Origin: Candidatus Binatia bacterium
GTDB taxonomy: Bacteria > Desulfobacterota > Binatia > Bin18
Assembly (NCBI GenBank): GCA_963664395.2
Contig: OY761159.2
Coordinates: 3,296,001-3,360,000, forward strand
Length of the DNA: 64,000 nucleotides
Direction: 5' to 3'
The position numbers were made by a program, and so were the translations under genes. Below are positions 59,752 through 64,000 of this stretch, piece after piece (positions within the stretch are counted from its first letter, which is position 1; each line of letters starts with the position of its first letter). The notes below the pieces were generated by a model that saw only the letters and a list, made by a program, of their open reading frames with translations, searched no databases and was not told where the DNA came from.

Positions 59752-60090
59752 TTACCCGGCCAAGGGTATAATACCCATCACCACCGCTTCGTCACTCACC
59801 ACTCGGGTGGTATGACCCTGACCGGTCGTGTCTTCAACCAGGCGGGCGTCGCCGGGGCCAAAGCGCCGGGTGGTGCCGTCGCCCAGGCCGATTTCCAGTT
59901 GCCCGGAGACAATAATCACGTACTGCCGGCGCGGCGCGGGATGCCAGTCCATAAAAGTCCCGACCGGCACTTCGACAAAAGAGATATGCGACGTGGCCTG
60001 CGGCTCGGTCAGGCTTGGATGCGAGGCCAGGCTTTGATCTTCAAAATGTGATTGGCCGTCGTCGCCGGTGTACAGTCGATACAGTCCCAT
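59752..60090 (-). CDS. Cupin domain protein
   Basis: YTGDDGQSHFED, WHPAPRRQY, GDGT.RRFGPGD...EDTTGQGH; GAGGTG RBS. Confidence 0.87.
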   Translation of the reverse strand: MGLYRLYTGDDGQSHFEDQSLASHPSLTEPQATSHISFVEVPVGTFMDWHPAPRRQYVIIVSGQLEIGLGDGTTRRFGPGDARLVEDTTGQGHTTRVVSDEAVVMGIIPLAG

Positions 60091-60121
60091 TACCCACCTC
60101 TCTTTTCTTACGCTTGGCCTT

Positions 60122-60153
60122 GGTAGGGGGCGACGCAGGCGTCGCCCCCTACC
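60122..60153. repeat. GTAG-type REP palindrome
   Basis: Perfect ggtagggggcgacgc-ag-gcgtcgccccctacc; overlaps the TAG stop of the large surface protein. Confidence 0.8.
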
Positions 60154-63100
60154 GAACATCCGTAATAACAAAGTTCTGGCTGTTCTGCTGCCACTCCAGT
60201 GTGACCGTCCCGCCCAGCATGGGAAAGTCCTCCGCCATACACTCGCCCTCGGCCCCCCGCAGAAACTCTTCCTCTGCCCCTTCCCCCACGGTCGTCACCC
60301 GCACCGTGGCCCGACCCAACTCGATGTCATCGACCCACGCTACCACCGTATGCTCCCCCTCCCCCAACAGGTTCCAGTTGAACAACAACCCAAACCCATT
60401 GTCCGTGTCCCCACACGCACCTTGGGTATCCACCCGCTCCGTCCCATACGCCGCCCCCTGCCGCCCGGCGGTCCCAATCGCAAGCTCGACCGTGTCGGCG
60501 TCACACACCCAGCCCGACAGTACCCGGACCCCACTCTGAAAGGAGTTATGACCCGGATTCTCCAGAAACCCGGTCAGTGCACTTGTCCGGCCCGGAGTGG
60601 CCCCAGCCGGGGGATTCCCGCCCGCAATGACGAAGTTCTGGCTGTTTTGCTGCCACACCAAGGTCACCCGTCTCGCCCACCACCGGAAAGTCCTCGGCCT
60701 CACACGTCCCCGTCTACCCCCCGCAGAAACTCCTGTCCCAGCGTCGTCACGGTCACAGTCGCCCGGTCCAACTCCACCCCATCCACCAGGGCCACGACTT
60801 CATGCTCCCCGTCTCTCAACAGGTTCCAGTTAAACAAGAGGCCAAAGCCATTGTCCGTGTCGCCACACGCCGGCAGCGTGTCTAGCCGCTCCGTCCCATA
60901 CGCCGCCTCCTGCGGTATCCCGTTCAACTCGATCTCCACCACCGCCGCCTCACACACCCAGCCCGAGAGCACGCCCACGCCACTCTGGAACGAATCGGCA
61001 CCGGGGTTCTCCAGATAGCCCTGCACGAAGGTGATTTCTAAGTCGTACGTCCCAGTCGCTCCCCCTTGCCCTTGTACGGCTACGACGACTGGGCCGGCCT
61101 GCACGAGGGCACCAAGCCGGTCGTTCTGCTGCCCCCCCGTGGGGCCGGACGCCACGACCACGTCGTTCTGCCAGATGGTCCCTCGGGTCGGCACTCCGCC
61201 GGTGGTGTCCACAAAGACGAGACCCCGGCCGGGGGCGGTGACGGTAAAATAATCCACATCTGCGGCGGGACAGATGGCGCCAGCAGTCACCGCAGACAGC
61301 GCACTGTCAGTGGCCTGTGCAGCGGTGTTGGCGTGCACGTCATCCTGCGTACAGGCTGGGGCCCCCACCGCCGCCCCCACCGCCGCTGCCCCCACCCACG
61401 CTGCCCCCACGATCAGGTGGCGGGGGAGGGGGCGGCGGAGAAGACGAGACGGTGATGAAGACGGGGATGTCGTCGGATTCCCCGGACGGGTCAGTGGCGA
61501 GCACGGTGAGTTGGTAGGTCTTGGATTCCTCAGCCCTCGCGCTTATCGTGCGCTGCCCGGGTGACCGCGTCACCGAGTTTGCACAGGGCGCCACCCCCTG
61601 TGGGCCCACCGCGATCTGGCCGCTGAGCCAGTCGATATCGAAACAGGCCGCAGCCGATTCCGTTTCGTCCAGGGTGTAGGTGAGCGGGTCACCAGGGTCC
61701 TCGGCCCTCACCGGAGCACCGACGCGACTCCCCGCTCTCGCGTTGGCTCCGATGGTGAGGGTGGGCGGGGACCCGGTAAATTCTGGGGGATCGTTATTGA
61801 CCCGCGCCTGTCGTACCGCATAGGGCGCAACGATCGGCGGGACGTGCTTGTCGGCCCCGGCCCCGTCGGTGTACGTCACTGTGACCCGCAGGTACGCGCC
61901 CACGTCGGCAGTCTCCGGCGTATAGCTGGCGGCGGGCGTCCCCTTGACGGGCTCCCAAGTCCGCTTGTTGTCCTGCGACTGCTCCCAGACCCAGTCGATG
62001 GAGACAAGGCCGTCGGGATCGGTCAGGATGGCGGTCAGCTCGGTATCGACCTGCGGCTGTACCGACGACAGGGTCAGGCTGCCCGCTTCGTCTTCGTTGG
62101 TCACGGTGACCGTCACGTCCAGCTCATCAGTAAACTCGTCATCGGAGGCTGTCACGGTCACGGAATAGCTATCCTTGGTCTCGTGGTCAGGCGGAGTACG
62201 GAAGCGCAGGACGCCGTCGCTGATGGTGAAGGCGGCGGAATCGACGGTCCACTGAATCGGGTCGCGCTCCGGGTCGGTGGCACGGTAGGTGGCAACCGGC
62301 CCCGTGGCGTGCTCCGTGTACGGGATATCGGTATCGGCTGGCCTGGTGATTTCCGGCCGCTCGTTCACGTCGGTGACGTTGACGGTGACGGTCTGTCGCG
62401 CGGTATGGCTCCCGGCGGAGGCTTCCACGGTCACGGTGTAGCGGGTGTCCGCCTCGTAGTCGGGCGGGTCGTTGAAGGTGAGGGTGGCGTCGGTGATGTT
62501 AGCGGTGAGGGTGAGAGAGTTTCGATCGACTCCTGTTAGCGCCCAGGTAATCGGCCAGGTAATCGGGTCGTGTTCGTGCTCCGGGTCGTCAGCGCTGAAG
62601 GTGTCAACTGGCCCCGTGTCGTTCTCCGCGTACGGGACGGCGCTCGGTCCCATCAGCGTGAGCGGTTCATCCTCATTTTCGACGGTGATGGTCACGTCGA
62701 TGGAGGCGGAGTCTCCGGAGGGGTCGGTGGCCGTCACGGTGACGGCGTAGCTCGACGTTTTCTCGCGGTCCAGCTCTGCTTTGGTCCGCAACTGGCCGGA
62801 CCTGCTGTCGATGGCGAAGACGCTATCGCCCGCAGCATCCAAAGAGTAAGTCAGCGGGTCGTCGGTGTCCGCGTCGGTAGCCACTATTGGGTCGCCGATA
62901 TTCCTCCCGGCTGCCGTGTTCTCCTGGACGCTGCGGGTCGTGGTGGCGTCCGAGAACAGCGGTACGTTGTTGTTGCCCCGTGCCGCTCGTACCCGGTTGG
63001 TGGCCTCGCGCTGGAAACTTTTGCTGCCGGGCTCCCCATGCCCGTCGGTGTAGGTCACCCTGACCCGCAGATAGTTGCTTATGTCGCCGGTCTCCGGCGT

Positions 63101-64000
63101 GTAGCTGTTCGAGGTCTCATCATCAATCTCCGTCCACGTACTCCTGTTCGAGGAACGCTCCCAGAGCCAGATGATGTCGGAGGCGCCGTCGGGATCGGTC
63201 AGGGTTGCGGTCAACTCGGCATCCACCTGCGGATACTCCGACGACAGGGTCAGGCTGCCCGCTTCGTCCAGGTTGTTGACGGTGACGGTGAGGGCCTGCG
63301 GCGTGGTGAGGTCTCCATCAGAGGCGACCACGGTCACTTCATAGTTGTTGTCGCCGTCAGCGTCGGCGCGCGCTTCGTAGTTGGGAGCGGGGCTGAAGTT
63401 CAGGACGCCGTTGCTGATGGTGAAGTCATCGGCGTCGGTTCCGGTCACTGTCCAGATGACTGTCGCACCCTCCGGGTCGGTGGCGGTGTAGCGGGCGACC
63501 TGGGCCGTGTTGTTCTCGGCATACGAGACCTCGGATGGGACCGGCGATCCCGTCAGCACGGGCGGTTCATCCACGCCGGTGACACGAATGGTGATGACCT
63601 GCGGTATGGTGTGAATCCCAGCGGCGGCTTGCACGGTCACCTCATAGACGTTGTTGCTACCGGCGTCGGCGGGTTGCTCGAAGTTGGGAGCGGTTGCGAA
63701 GCTCAGGGTGCCGCCGCTCATGGTGAAGTCGCCACGGTCGGTGCCGGCCAGTGACCAAGTGACTGACTCGTTCTCCTCCAGGTCGGTGACGCTGTATTCC
63801 GCAACCGACCCGATGCCGTTCTCGGCATACGACGGAACGCGGCTCAGCTCCGTCAGCGTGTGCACTTCCTCCACGTTGGTGACAGTGACGGTGACGGGCA
63901 GTGTAGCGGGGCTGGTGGTCCCATCCGAGGCGACCACGGTCACTTCATAGACATTGTTGTGGTTGGGATCCTCATAGTTGGGAGCGGAGTCGAAGCTCAG
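60149..64000 (-). CDS. Large cadherin/Ig-repeat surface protein, 5'-partial, frameshifted three times in this sequence
   Basis: Frame open from 64000; repeats L.F...P.YE...N.YEVTV.A.D, VTNEDE.G, LTDPDG...W.WE, ENTAAG..IG.P..ATD.D; Pro/Gly linker; PPC-like DVDYF domain; two C-terminal LENPG..SFQSG repeats; homology continues across ORFs 61340-63943, 60700-61410 and 60149-60703. Confidence 0.85.

Overview
Bacterial chromosomal window, GC-rich and densely coding. No rRNA, tRNA, CRISPR array or transposase was seen. The gene content suggests a Gram-negative, possibly host-associated (sponge-symbiont-like) deltaproteobacterium or Binatia-type organism. That is inference from the Sel1 repeats, a giant cadherin-repeat protein and many LLM, amidohydrolase and aromatic-catabolism genes. 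Left end (1-5631): a Type III restriction-modification locus whose mod and res genes are separated by a tightly coupled three-gene cassette encoding a GHKL/anti-sigma-type kinase, a stand-alone STAS protein and a PIN nuclease. This is the best candidate for an uncharacterised, phosphorylation-switched defence system. The middle holds aromatic catabolism genes (Rieske oxygenase alpha, ligAB-like, hpaB-like), housekeeping genes (nadK, rarA, purM, exeAB-like, minCDE, hslUV, xerC), tandem dodecins, Prx6, many hydrolases and oxidoreductases, a short Rho lacking its RNA-binding domain, and a CYTH/CHAD pair. Near the right end, two ORFs split by the ORF track are one selenoprotein (in-frame TGA in a U-G-S-C-T-T-C motif followed by a SECIS-like hairpin), co-oriented with a partner gene. 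The window ends inside a large cadherin-repeat surface protein broken by three homopolymer frameshifts. Also present: several gene remnants (internally deleted glutamine synthetase II, an acetoacetate decarboxylase-like fragment, a DUF123 fragment), an unlisted 39-aa basic ORF and GTAG-type REP palindromes. All family calls come from motif recognition by eye; no database search was run.
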